In this document: one piece after another, positions 30,806-40,405 of the stretch
Position numbering within the stretch: the stretch's first letter is position 1
Layout of the letters: each line of letters begins with the position of its first letter
Notes under the pieces: model-generated
Databases searched by the model: none
What the model was told of the DNA's origin: nothing
Seen by the model: the letters and a program-made list of their open reading frames with translations, nothing else
Made by a program: the position numbers and the translations under genes
Origin: Candidatus Adlerbacteria bacterium
GTDB lineage: Bacteria; Patescibacteriota; Minisyncoccia; Phycocordibacterales; SBAW01
Reading direction: 5' to 3'
DNA length: 64,000 nt
Assembly (NCBI GenBank): GCA_963749085.1
Contig: CAVVLG010000003.1
Coordinates: forward strand, 5,432 to 69,431

Positions 30806-32572
30806 TTAGCCAAATGTAAAGGTATACGCTTGAAGCCCCGGGTTGAGCACCTTTATTTCCAGCGTATGCGCCCCGGCAGTGGGGTCGCTTATAAGATTGT
30901 AGAGCCGGTCGGCCTGTATGACTGCCGTCGACGTTGTAGGATTGACGTCGCTTCCCGCGTACTGGCCTACGGGCTGGCCGTCGCGGAATACTTCGATAGT
31001 GACCGGCGAAGAGCTCGCGGCCGCTACTAAATATAGATTGTGTGCGTCGTAGAGATATTCGATGGTTTCATTGCTATCCTGCGACTGTGCGTACTCCGGT
31101 TCGATATCCCAGTTGCCGCCCAGATAGAGCGTATCAGGTTGTATATCGCTCGGCTCAGGAAGCGTAAAATTCTGTGGGCCACTTTGACCTTGCGGACCGT
31201 TGCCGAGATATTCGTTGCGGTTGGATCCAAAGTAGGTCTCAGGACTTTGTATGGCATTAAGATCATCTTGCGGCAAGTTCACCGTGCTCGTTGAAATGTC
31301 AGCGGTAGTGCTGCCGAGTTGATAGGCTCTTTGTGCTAGCGCCTGCTGTATCGCTGCTTCAGTCACGTTATAGTCTCCCTCGCCGGATTCTTGGTACACG
31401 ATGTATCCGTTGATATCTATGAGATAGTCATTGGGCCAGTACTCGTTGCCGAACGCGTTCCAAGTGTCGTAGTTGTTATCCTGCACGACCGGATACTGGA
31501 TGCCGAGTCTTTGTATGGCGGCTTCGACGTTTGACGTAAGGTGTTCAAAGGCGAACTCGGGAGTCTCCACTCCGATAATGACGAGACCTTCGTTTTTGTA
31601 TTTCGCATACCAGGCGTTGAGGAACGGTATGGTACGTAAGCAGTTGATGCAGCTGTAGGTCCAGAAGTCGACGAGCACCACGTCCTTGCCTTTAAATTGC
31701 CCTATCGTAATGGGTTGCCCGTTGGTGTTGAGATATCCGGTGATGCCCGCGAGCTCTGGCGCCTTTTGATACTCCTGCGCCTCCTCAGCCGGGGTCAGAA
31801 AACCCATCGGTGTTGTGGTCGCCTCCCCTACCGAGGGCTGCGGATTTCTTGCTTCAAGGAGTACCTGCTCTATCTGCGTGACGTCGAGGAAGCCAGCATG
31901 CGAGAGAAGCGAAGATTCAATGGTCGTGCTGTAGCCAGTGATGATAACGAGACCGATGATAATGAACAGAGCGCCGATGACGCGCTTAAACCATCCGCGC
32001 GGGTCCGACGCAATGCCGAGCGCAATCACGATGCGCTGGCCGAGGACGGAGACAGCGAGCAGCGAAATAATCAGACCGACGCAGTACGCAAGGAGATATA
32101 CGACACCCTCCGCCGGATGCACAGGAAGCACGGTCGCAAGCACAATGAAGTACGTTGGCGAGCAGGAAGAGAAGACAGGTCCGAGCGCCGCGCCCATGAT
32201 GATGTCGCCGATGACATTTTGCCTTGTATAGCCCTGTGCGAGTAGCCGATTACCTTGTAAGTTTATTTTGTTCGCGAAGGAAAACCGCTCCCAGAGTCCG
32301 GGGAAAAGTGTCACGAGACCGAAGATAATGAGAAGACCGCCCGAGACGATGTCCCAAAATTCCTGCGGCACGTTTATAAACAGCGTGGACGCTTTAAGAA
32401 GAAGCGTGAAGGCGAAGACCGAGGCGCCGAGCGACGCCGCGATGATAAGAGCCCGCCATACATTGGGTTTACCCGAGACTGAACCGCCGATGATGACCGG
32501 CAGAAGCGGCAACGTGCAGGGCGCGAGAACCGTAAGCAAACCTGCAACAAATGCGATAAGGAACAACGTCAT
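30806..32572 (-). CDS. dipZ: DipZ-type CcdA + thioredoxin + C-terminal domain fusion
   Basis: APCTLPLLP, SSCSP, DFWTYSCINC, SPETYFG, QAYTFTFG. Confidence 0.9.
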   Translation of the reverse strand: MTLFLIAFVAGLLTVLAPCTLPLLPVIIGGSVSGKPNVWRALIIAASLGASVFAFTLLLKASTLFINVPQEFWDIVSGGLLIIFGLVTLFPGLWERFSFANKINLQGNRLLAQGYTRQNVIGDIIMGAALGPVFSSCSPTYFIVLATVLPVHPAEGVVYLLAYCVGLIISLLAVSVLGQRIVIALGIASDPRGWFKRVIGALFIIIGLVIITGYSTTIESSLLSHAGFLDVTQIEQVLLEARNPQPSVGEATTTPMGFLTPAEEAQEYQKAPELAGITGYLNTNGQPITIGQFKGKDVVLVDFWTYSCINCLRTIPFLNAWYAKYKNEGLVIIGVETPEFAFEHLTSNVEAAIQRLGIQYPVVQDNNYDTWNAFGNEYWPNDYLIDINGYIVYQESGEGDYNVTEAAIQQALAQRAYQLGSTTADISTSTVNLPQDDLNAIQSPETYFGSNRNEYLGNGPQGQSGPQNFTLPEPSDIQPDTLYLGGNWDIEPEYAQSQDSNETIEYLYDAHNLYLVAAASSSPVTIEVFRDGQPVGQYAGSDVNPTTSTAVIQADRLYNLISDPTAGAHTLEIKVLNPGLQAYTFTFG

Positions 32573-32580
32573 ACCTAATT

Positions 32581-32820
32581 TTAGTGTTGCATCATGGTAT
32601 CCGTGGCACCCATCATATCATCAGAGGAACTTGCTATCATAGTAGAAGAGCCCATCATATCGGTGGAAGAACCCATCATGTCCGACGAGGACGCCTCCAT
32701 CATCGGGCCGGAATTCTGCATCATGACATCGCTTCCCTGCGTCTCCTGCGACTGATACCAATAATATCCACCCCCGATCACGATAACCGCGCACACGAAA
32801 CCGATAATATATTTTGTCAT
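32581..32820 (-). CDS. membrane-anchored methionine-rich peptide
   Basis: TM then repeated DMMGSST-like units; 8 nt upstream of dipZ. Confidence 0.7.
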   Translation of the reverse strand: MTKYIIGFVCAVIVIGGGYYWYQSQETQGSDVMMQNSGPMMEASSSDMMGSSTDMMGSSTMIASSSDDMMGATDTMMQH

Positions 32821-32846
32821 AAGCCCAGTATAGTCAGGCGGCATGA

Positions 32847-32870
32847 AGATGTAAAGTTTACTTTACATCT
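32847..32870. promoter_or_regulatory. perfect inverted-repeat operator
   Basis: AGATGTAAAG-TTTA-CTTTACATCT upstream of the TATACT -10 of the Met-rich/dipZ operon. Confidence 0.65.
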
Positions 32871-32881
32871 GTTATCCACAT

Positions 32882-33244
32882 CTAGAGACTGCGATCGCTG
32901 TAGATACGAGTGCCGATTTTTGCCAGGATCATGAGAATAAGCGCGAGTACCAGCCATGGGTCTACACCCTGCGTCACCGCTTGGGAGGTAATACCGACGA
33001 CAAGGACCCCAGAGCCGACCAGAAAGGCTCTGCGTCCGGCGAGTGCGCGGTGGCTCATGTCTCGCTCATCGACAGCGTTTTCTCTGAGAACAAACACCGC
33101 AAAGAGACAAAAGACTCCGAGCACGGCGACGCGCAGCAGCATCAACACCGAGTTGGGCATTTCCATGCGGCTAGGCATGAGGATCAATATGGAAAGAATA
33201 ATCAAACCAAGTGCAGTAATGAATTCGAGAAAATTATTTTTCAT
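32882..33244 (-). CDS. membrane protein (DUF2178-like)
   Basis: Four TM helices, DERD motif, overlaps the XRE gene. Confidence 0.7.
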   Translation of the reverse strand: MKNNFLEFITALGLIILSILILMPSRMEMPNSVLMLLRVAVLGVFCLFAVFVLRENAVDERDMSHRALAGRRAFLVGSGVLVVGITSQAVTQGVDPWLVLALILMILAKIGTRIYSDRSL

Positions 33245-33446
33245 AAGCGATGGTGAATAAATCTTCGACGGACAGTTTAAAGAATCTTGCTATTTTTATG
33301 GCCAGCAGCACCGACGGCGTATATTTTCCGCGCTCTATCGCGATGATAGTTTGGCGGCTTACCGACACCTTTTCAGCCAATTCTTCTTGTGTGACGCCGC
33401 GCTCCATGCGTATTTTTTGAACCGAGTTCGTAATATATGCCGCCAT
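33234..33446 (-). CDS. XRE family HTH regulator
   Basis: TQEELAEKVSVSRQTIIAIERGKYTPSVLLA. Confidence 0.92.
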   Translation of the reverse strand: MAAYITNSVQKIRMERGVTQEELAEKVSVSRQTIIAIERGKYTPSVLLAIKIARFFKLSVEDLFTIAYEK

Positions 33447-33529
33447 AACTCCCGTTTGCAAAGTATACGCTCTTTGGTATGGTGTGCACAGACGTTGTTT
33501 TCAACACAGAGCGAAAGGTATAATGGGAA

Positions 33530-35086
33530 ATGGCACACGACTCCATTCTTATCGTCGACTTCGGTTCGCAGGTAACCCAACTCATCGCGCGCAGAGTGCG
33601 TGAGGAGAAAGTGTACTGCGAGATAATCCCCTACCAGAAAGCGCACGTGGCGCTCAAGCGACTTCGACCCAAAGGAATTATCCTTTCGGGAGGACCCGCG
33701 TCAGTGCTTGACGCTGATGCGCCGCTTGCTCCGGTAGTCTTCCACGCAGGTGTACCTATGCTTGGCATCTGCTATGGACAACAACTCATGGCGCATCAGC
33801 TGGGCGGCAAGGTTGAAGGCGGACACCATCGTGAATTCGGTCAAGCGGACATAAACATCAAACACTCCTCCCCTCTTATTGAAGGCGTATGGAAAGTCGG
33901 AGATGGGGGAAACCGCTACCCCGTGTGGATGAGTCACGGCGATCGTGTCACGAGGCTGCCGGAAGGATTCAGTATCGTCGGTACTTCCGAAAATGCTCCT
34001 ATGGCCCTCATTGCGGATGAATCGCGCAGATTCTATGGCGTGCAGTTTCATCTTGAAGTGGAACACACGCCGCAGGGAGGCGCGATTATAAGCAACTTCG
34101 TCCGCAACATCTGCGGGTGCAGGGGCGATTGGACCATGGCAAACTTTCGCGAAGAAACTATAAAAAGAATCCGAAAGCAGGTCGGCAGGAATAAAGTGAT
34201 ATGCGGACTCTCGGGCGGCGTTGATTCGGCAGTCACTGCCGTTCTCATTCACGAAGCCACAGGCGAGCAACTCACCTGTGTGTTCGTTGATCACGGCCTC
34301 CTGCGTCTCAACGAGGCCGAGGAAGTAGTGTCGCTCTTTCGCGACCACTACAATATCCCGCTTGCCTACACGGACGAGAGCGAGATGTTCCTGGAGGCCC
34401 TGCGCGGGGTAACAGATCCCGAGCAGAAGCGAAAAACCATCGGTAAGCTCTTTATCGATGTGTTCGAAGCCAAAGCCAAGACATTTGGCGGGGTCGGGTT
34501 TTTGGCGCAAGGAACGCTCTATCCCGATGTTATCGAAAGCGTATCTGTGCGAGGAGGACCTTCGGCGACGATAAAGTCGCACCACAACGTCGGCGGCCTT
34601 CCCGAACGAATGAATATGAAGTTGGTGGAGCCTCTGCGCGAACTCTTCAAGGACGAAGTGCGCATGCTCGGCCGTGAGCTCGGTCTGCCTCAGGGTTTCG
34701 TCGGAAGACATCCCTTCCCCGGACCCGGTCTCGGAATCCGTATGCCGGGCGAGATTACGCGAGAGAAACTTCTCTTGCTGAGACTCGCCGATGCCATATA
34801 CATCGAGGAGATCCGCAGGGCCGGACTCTACGACAAAATTTGGCAGGCATTCGCGGTGCTGTTGCCGAGCAAAGCGGTTGGGGTTATGGGGGACAAGCGC
34901 ACCTATGACCATGCACTGTGGCTGCGGGCGGTGACGTCGGTCGACGGCATGACGGCGGATTTCTATCCGTTCGACATGCAGTTTCTCGCCAAAGTAACTA
35001 ACCGCATCATCAACGAGGTCAGAGGCATCAACCGCGTCGCCTATGACACCACCAGTAAACCTCCCGGCACTATAGAGTGGGAGTAA
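33530..35086 (+). CDS. guaA: GMP synthase (glutamine-hydrolysing)
   Basis: [31 protein letters not shown]. Confidence 0.97.
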   Translation: MAHDSILIVDFGSQVTQLIARRVREEKVYCEIIPYQKAHVALKRLRPKGIILSGGPASVLDADAPLAPVVFHAGVPMLGICYGQQLMAHQLGGKVEGGHHREFGQADINIKHSSPLIEGVWKVGDGGNRYPVWMSHGDRVTRLPEGFSIVGTSENAPMALIADESRRFYGVQFHLEVEHTPQGGAIISNFVRNICGCRGDWTMANFREETIKRIRKQVGRNKVICGLSGGVDSAVTAVLIHEATGEQLTCVFVDHGLLRLNEAEEVVSLFRDHYNIPLAYTDESEMFLEALRGVTDPEQKRKTIGKLFIDVFEAKAKTFGGVGFLAQGTLYPDVIESVSVRGGPSATIKSHHNVGGLPERMNMKLVEPLRELFKDEVRMLGRELGLPQGFVGRHPFPGPGLGIRMPGEITREKLLLLRLADAIYIEEIRRAGLYDKIWQAFAVLLPSKAVGVMGDKRTYDHALWLRAVTSVDGMTADFYPFDMQFLAKVTNRIINEVRGINRVAYDTTSKPPGTIEWE

Positions 35087-35091
35087 GAGTT

Positions 35092-35121
35092 ACACCCTCC
35101 CGACTGGGAGGGTGTTTTTTT
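35092..35121 (+). terminator. intrinsic terminator between guaA and msrB
   Basis: ACACCCTCCC-GACT-GGGAGGGTGT followed by T-run. Confidence 0.75.
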
Positions 35122-35560
35122 ATTTCCCTTCTCCTCCGTGCTCTTTAGCGTACTCAGCGAGCGCCTTGGCGTCGCTTTCGGCAAATTCGAGACTCATTGA
35201 GTTCATACAATAGCGCATGCCGGTTTTAGTGGGACCATCGTTGAAGAGATGGCCTAGATGCGAGCCACAATTGGAGCAGACTACTTCGGTGCGTCGCATA
35301 CCCATGGAGGAATCATCAATTAATTTCACTGAGCCGGGGATGGCGTCATCGAAGCTCGGCCAACCAGTGCCGGAATCAAACTTGGTATTAGAGGCAAAAA
35401 GCGCCTGGCCGCACGCGGCACAACGGTACATGCCGTCACGCTTTTCTTTAAGCAGCGCGGCGCTAAAAGGGACTTCAGTCCCCTTCTCCCGCAGCACGTG
35501 ATACTGCTGAGGAGTGAGCTTCTGCTTCCAACCCGCTTCGTCTTTTGGCATGTCATCCAT
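35120..35560 (-). CDS. msrB: peptide-methionine (R)-S-oxide reductase
   Basis: KFDSGTGWPSF, HLGHLFNDGP, RYCMNS. Confidence 0.96.
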   Translation of the reverse strand: MDDMPKDEAGWKQKLTPQQYHVLREKGTEVPFSAALLKEKRDGMYRCAACGQALFASNTKFDSGTGWPSFDDAIPGSVKLIDDSSMGMRRTEVVCSNCGSHLGHLFNDGPTKTGMRYCMNSMSLEFAESDAKALAEYAKEHGGEGK

Positions 35561-35572
35561 AGCGGCAGTATA

Positions 35573-36232
35573 TCATTGCGGCTGCGTTGAAATGCCACTC
35601 CCGCTAATCGGAATTTGAGGACCTAAATATTCCGGCACGCGGTTGGTCATTATGTCGAACGCGGCCTTAACCGAGGCCGGTATTTCGCGCACATAGTTAA
35701 AGAAGTACTGAATGCCCTGCCCCGCGCTCATACCCACGGCTTGGATGCCCAGCGCATGGGCGATAAAAAGGGCGCGAGGCAGGTGAAAGGCCTGAGAGAC
35801 CACGATGATTGAAGTTACTCCGAAAATAGCACGCGCCCGATACATGCTTGAATAGGTATCAAATCCTGCATGATCAAGAAAAATATTCTCTGTAGGAACA
35901 CCATGCGCAATGAGATAGGCGGCGACCGGATCCACTTCATCGTGGCTGAGCGTCGCATTGTCGCCGCTGACAAGAATTTTGGAAACTTTTCCCCCTCTAT
36001 ACAAGGCAAGCGCCTCATCCACCCGCTCTTGAAAGATCGGTGAGAGCATGCGCTGTCCGGTGACCGAAGCACCTAGTACGACCGCAACCGGCTCTTGGGG
36101 TACCGCCGCTATTGAGAAATACATATACGGCCACATCACTACTTGTAGATATGCCCACAACCCGAGCATACATCCCACTACGAAAAGACAAACAAGGAGA
36201 CACCAGCGCAACAGTGTTGCAGCGTCAGTCAT
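35573..36232 (-). CDS. SanA/ElyC/YdcF family protein
   Basis: VLGA, LVSGDN, DHAGFDTYSSM, SQAFHLPRA. Confidence 0.88.
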   Translation of the reverse strand: MTDAATLLRWCLLVCLFVVGCMLGLWAYLQVVMWPYMYFSIAAVPQEPVAVVLGASVTGQRMLSPIFQERVDEALALYRGGKVSKILVSGDNATLSHDEVDPVAAYLIAHGVPTENIFLDHAGFDTYSSMYRARAIFGVTSIIVVSQAFHLPRALFIAHALGIQAVGMSAGQGIQYFFNYVREIPASVKAAFDIMTNRVPEYLGPQIPISGSGISTQPQ

Positions 36233-36256
36233 AGCGAAAGTAGCACTATACAACTT

Positions 36257-36910
36257 TTACTCGCGAAGCGGAACGACGTCGCTCAGCGCCCCGGCGTTTG
36301 CAGGAATGACACACAATACCTTGCCCGTTATTTTGAAATTATCTTTGAGAATGATAGGTTTATACTTCGGATCCTTGGACTCCGGATAAAGAATGGTGAC
36401 GCCGTCCAGGCGCTCCAGTCGTTTGACGGTGACCATGTCCCCCACAATTGCGGCGACGCGGTCACCGTTTTTAACGTCATCGGTGAACTGGACCAAAATA
36501 TAGTCGCCGCTGTGTATACCGGCGTCGAGCATGGAATCGCCCACCGCGCGTACGGCCACTATCTCTCCTGATTCCTCCACTATTTTCTTATCGACTTCGA
36601 TGAACTCGTCATGCTGCTCCTGGGCGAACACGGAGAGGTCGTCGCAGCCGACATTGGCGATGACGGGAATAGAGACGGTTCCCCAGCCGCCGTCGGCGTT
36701 GCGCAACTCTATGTTGCGCCACATATTTTTGCGCCTCACGATGTAGCCCTTGTTCTCCAGTATCTCCAGATACTGCACCACCGTGCGAATAGATCTGAGT
36801 CCCAGGTTCTTGGAGAGTTCCTCAAGCGTTGGCGGCTCGCCCTTGGCCCTTATGTAGAGGCGAATATTGTCGAGCACCCGCTTTTGTTTATACGTGAGCA
36901 ATTGTTGCAT
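36257..36910 (-). CDS. lexA: LexA repressor (S24)
   Basis: wHTH (PPTLEEL..LEILENKGYI), GDSM Ser and VTVKR Lys. Confidence 0.9.
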   Translation of the reverse strand: MQQLLTYKQKRVLDNIRLYIRAKGEPPTLEELSKNLGLRSIRTVVQYLEILENKGYIVRRKNMWRNIELRNADGGWGTVSIPVIANVGCDDLSVFAQEQHDEFIEVDKKIVEESGEIVAVRAVGDSMLDAGIHSGDYILVQFTDDVKNGDRVAAIVGDMVTVKRLERLDGVTILYPESKDPKYKPIILKDNFKITGKVLCVIPANAGALSDVVPLRE

Positions 36911-36915
36911 ATACC

Positions 36916-36938
36916 AAGCCTAACACCTGTTTAGGCTT
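36916..36938. promoter_or_regulatory. candidate LexA autoregulatory operator
   Basis: AAGCCTAA-N7-TTAGGCTT immediately upstream of the lexA ATG. Confidence 0.55.
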
Positions 36939-36971
36939 TGGATACACAAATTACATAACTCCTGTGGATAA

Positions 36972-37259
36972 CTACGGGTGGTGATGGGGCTCGTGCATGG
37001 AGAACAGGTCTGCCCATTTGAGCTTGGCGACCCCGAAAAGGTAGATAATCTCCAGTATTCCCAAGGTATTAATGACCAGGAGTATAACAAACCACCAATA
37101 CTGACCGCGCCTGGCGCTGTGCCAAAGGCCTAGACCTTTCCAGAAGATAGACCAGAGGACAAACAGGAGGATAAGGGGCGCGAAAGCCCCTAACCAGCCC
37201 GGACCGCCGCTGTACATCATGCTATTAAATCCCGCCCCGCCCCAGTTGTGCATATACAT
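36972..37259 (-). CDS. DUF5652-like membrane protein
   Basis: WSIFWKGLGLWHSARRGQ..WF..NTLGILEIIY. Confidence 0.8.
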   Translation of the reverse strand: MYMHNWGGAGFNSMMYSGGPGWLGAFAPLILLFVLWSIFWKGLGLWHSARRGQYWWFVILLVINTLGILEIIYLFGVAKLKWADLFSMHEPHHHP

Positions 37260-37276
37260 ATGCTTTTAGTATACCC

Positions 37277-37954
37277 CTATTTAAGAGTAATACTCTCCAG
37301 TACCACCGGGGTGAGTGGACGGTCCTGGGAGTCTACGGGCACGTTGTTTATGGCAGTGACGACGCTCATGCCGGCTATGGTCTGGCCGAAGACCGTGTAG
37401 GCACTATTGAGGCTCGGGTTATTGACCGCGTTTATAAAGAACTGGCTGCTGCCGGAGTTGGGTTGCCCCGTGTTGGCCATGGCGATTGAGCCCGCCACGT
37501 TGTTATTGCTTGGCGTTATCTCATCTGGAATGGTGTAGCCAGGGCCCCCGGTTCCCCACTGTGCCTCGTCAGCGTCGTTTTTGGTCAGAGGATCTCCGCC
37601 TTGGTCCATGAAGCCCTCGATGACGCGATGGAACTTCGTGCCGTTGTAGAAGCCGCTTTCGGCAAGCTTGATGAAGTTGGCGACGGTGATGGGCGCCTGG
37701 TCGGGATAAAACTGAATAGTGATATCGCCCATGCTGGTGTGAAGTATTGCTTCGGTGATATTGCTTGGCACGGTGGTGGTTGCATTAGTAGTAGTGGCTG
37801 TTGAACTTGTGGCTTGTGTTTGCGTGATGGTGGTTGACGCTACTTGTAAAGAAGAGGCAGGCGCGGGAGTTGTGTTATTGAAGGTGGTCCAAAACCAGAT
37901 TCCCCCGCCGAGGATGACAATAATACCCAGGATGATGAGAAATATTTTTTCCAT
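37277..37954 (-). CDS. cyclophilin-type peptidyl-prolyl isomerase, membrane-anchored
   Basis: FHRVIEGFMDQGGDP, AMANTG, SQFFI. Confidence 0.93.
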   Translation of the reverse strand: MEKIFLIILGIIVILGGGIWFWTTFNNTTPAPASSLQVASTTITQTQATSSTATTTNATTTVPSNITEAILHTSMGDITIQFYPDQAPITVANFIKLAESGFYNGTKFHRVIEGFMDQGGDPLTKNDADEAQWGTGGPGYTIPDEITPSNNNVAGSIAMANTGQPNSGSSQFFINAVNNPSLNSAYTVFGQTIAGMSVVTAINNVPVDSQDRPLTPVVLESITLK

Positions 37955-37980
37955 ATGAGTTTATACTATAACAAATTATT

Positions 37981-39108
37981 CTAATTTACTGATTCAGCTT
38001 TTTGAGTAAGCCAATCTATATTAAAACGTGCCGGATCATCTTTTATCGTTTCATCCAATTCGCGAATAGAGTTATAAGAAAGGTATTTCACCGCCTTATC
38101 TAAAGTTAAATAAGGATTAGCAAAAGTAGGTCGTCTTAATTCATTAAATACTTTGGTCCGTCTTTCTCTAGGAGCCACAATAAAAAGCGGATAAGTTGAA
38201 TTAGGAGTTAAAGCTCGCAAGTCTGAAAGACGTAATATACCTGAGTAAACTGAAGTTGAATTTTCGACCTCAAACGCAGCTTTGACCGATTGTCCTAATT
38301 TCCAAACAGTATCAATATTTTTTATGTAAATAGGTACGTCTAACGTCTCGTGAAATTCTTTCAATACCATTGGTCTAAAATTCTCTCCATTCCACTCTCT
38401 ATTTTTATCATTCTCAGGAACCCATACATCGAAATGGGAGCGGAGCCCGAGACGAATCAGACGCCATTGCATTTCACTATGTTCAGTAGGTTGTCGTTTA
38501 ATCTTCTCATCGACTAATTCTTCAACCTCCTCAAAAGTCTTTGTCCTATCAATATCTATTTCCTCTACTTGTTCCCCACTCTGTAGTTTCTCAAGTAAAG
38601 AAATTAAATCACCATATTTGGTCATTAATTGATCAGTTTTAGACTGCTCTATGGCCATAAATCCTTGGGGGTGATAATTTTCTTTGTACCCAAGATATGT
38701 ATTTAAATCTGTAAAATTTACATCGAAAGCAACTTCATTAATCATGAAGTAAACTAATTCCCACGTTTGACCATCTACATCTTTTTTCCAAAGATATTCC
38801 GCAAGTGCAGGATTCTTTGTCTTTAATGCAATTTCAGCGGCTAAAATTATTTTCCCTTTTCGATAAACCATCACGTAATCCCCCGGTTCCATAGACTCCC
38901 AGTTACGAATATTACTAGGACCAGGAACTGCGCCCCAGATTGGATACGGGCGACCATGGGAGTATGCTTGAAGCTTTTCTACTTCGGTAGAATCAAGAAA
39001 TTTGGAAAGCTCAGGTACCGAGCGCTTCCTTTCAATTGTGTCGTAATAATGCTGGTCGGTCTCATGACCCCCTCCAGCCATTACAAAGAAAATCTTTCTC
39101 TTCTTCAT
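37981..39108 (-). CDS. PUA/EVE-like + PD-(D/E)XK nuclease (putative modification-dependent restriction enzyme)
   Basis: WG..NWESMEPGDYV N-domain; HSEMQ..IDTVW..AFEVENSTSVYSGILRLSDL nuclease; AT-rich. Confidence 0.7.
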   Translation of the reverse strand: MKKRKIFFVMAGGGHETDQHYYDTIERKRSVPELSKFLDSTEVEKLQAYSHGRPYPIWGAVPGPSNIRNWESMEPGDYVMVYRKGKIILAAEIALKTKNPALAEYLWKKDVDGQTWELVYFMINEVAFDVNFTDLNTYLGYKENYHPQGFMAIEQSKTDQLMTKYGDLISLLEKLQSGEQVEEIDIDRTKTFEEVEELVDEKIKRQPTEHSEMQWRLIRLGLRSHFDVWVPENDKNREWNGENFRPMVLKEFHETLDVPIYIKNIDTVWKLGQSVKAAFEVENSTSVYSGILRLSDLRALTPNSTYPLFIVAPRERRTKVFNELRRPTFANPYLTLDKAVKYLSYNSIRELDETIKDDPARFNIDWLTQKAESVN

Positions 39109-39283
39109 TTGTTTCCAGCCTAACAAATTTGACGAATTTTGCTATTACGGTAGACAAGATGGAGACGGGGAATTATGCTGACAGCCATGGAAGAAACTAG
39201 ACAAAAATTGTTCGAAAAAATCCTGAGCAACCTTCAATTTGTAACTGTCATCGCAATTTTCTTTCCTTATTGGAAGCTTATAT

Positions 39284-39910
39284 CTATTGCATCACCTCCT
39301 TCAGCACCGGCAAAATACGTGAAGCAATAATGGCATAGCCGGCATCGTTGGGATGAATTCCATCAGAGGACATATATTGCGGGTTGTTAAAGACGCCATC
39401 AAGCACACCGGGTACGTATGCGGTGTGGTACGTGGCCACCAGCTGCACAAACTGTCCGTCAAAGTTCCCAACCGTCGGGCTTATACGCTCCCCCACCAAT
39501 AGCACGACTGCTCCCCTGCTTTGTATGTTTTGAATAATTTCCCCGAGGTTCACAAACGCTTGAGTCATATTATCTTTGTCCAGATAATCGTCGCCGCCCA
39601 CGAGGAGAATAACGACCTTGGGGTGGTAGGCGCTGAGCACGTTGATACGCGCGAGCGCCTGCGCGGTCGTGTCGCCATCCTCCCCCAGATTAACGATAGG
39701 CTCATTGATATCCGCCGAGAGGTCAGAAACAAAATCGTGTCCAGGAGTCGAGCCCGCACCCACTACCAGCGAGTCGCCGAAGGCGATAATGTCGGTGCCG
39801 CTCGAGGGATAGTTGGTTATGTAGGAAGGCGAAGGCGTAGGCCGAAAGTAATATACAAGGAGCCCCGCGATAACAATGAGTAGAGCCCCCGCGATATACC
39901 AGCGCTTCAT
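39284..39910 (-). CDS. SGNH/GDSL esterase
   Basis: AFGDSL, GDTT, DGIHPN. Confidence 0.9.
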   Translation of the reverse strand: MKRWYIAGALLIVIAGLLVYYFRPTPSPSYITNYPSSGTDIIAFGDSLVVGAGSTPGHDFVSDLSADINEPIVNLGEDGDTTAQALARINVLSAYHPKVVILLVGGDDYLDKDNMTQAFVNLGEIIQNIQSRGAVVLLVGERISPTVGNFDGQFVQLVATYHTAYVPGVLDGVFNNPQYMSSDGIHPNDAGYAIIASRILPVLKEVMQ

Positions 39911-40024
39911 CGCCCTATAATAGCAGGGGGTCGCTCTATTGTTTCTATAAATTGTCATCGGGAATGCGGAAGTGTATAGTGCGCGGCGGAACAAGTGGTG
40001 GAGATTCGGATGATTTACTGTCTG

Positions 40025-40369
40025 ATGAATACAGGTAAGCCCCTCTCCAATGGAGTCGGTAACCTACTTTTCGCGAAGGCCAAGGAAATGGTTCGCGAAA
40101 AGAAAAAGAGCCTTAAATTCAAAAGCGAGGAGTGCGTGGGGGTGCTCACGACGAAGTGGGAACACGGCTCTATGGGCACTATCTCGGGCCTGGAGTTTAA
40201 GGCTGAGATGGCGATCGCTTCCGGCGATACGACTGTTACCTTTCTTGTCCGATCATTCGATTTTGATCCGGAAGAAAGCGAGTGGGGCTTTGGTCCACTC
40301 GAGGATCTCGAGCAAATAGTCGCCCGCGAAGAGAGACCGCGAGGCACTCCTCGCTCCAAGCTCAATTGA
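40025..40369 (+). CDS. hypothetical protein
   Basis: ORF filling the gap, followed by a hairpin; start uncertain. Confidence 0.5.
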   Translation: MNTGKPLSNGVGNLLFAKAKEMVREKKKSLKFKSEECVGVLTTKWEHGSMGTISGLEFKAEMAIASGDTTVTFLVRSFDFDPEESEWGFGPLEDLEQIVAREERPRGTPRSKLN

Positions 40370-40405
40370 GCGCGCAAAAACGACCCGTAGCATCGCTGCG
40401 GGTTT

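Noticed and set aside
32872-36971. Perfect DnaA boxes at 32872-32880 and 36963-36971
   Set aside because: Isolated single boxes with no cluster, DUE or dnaA nearby; not an origin
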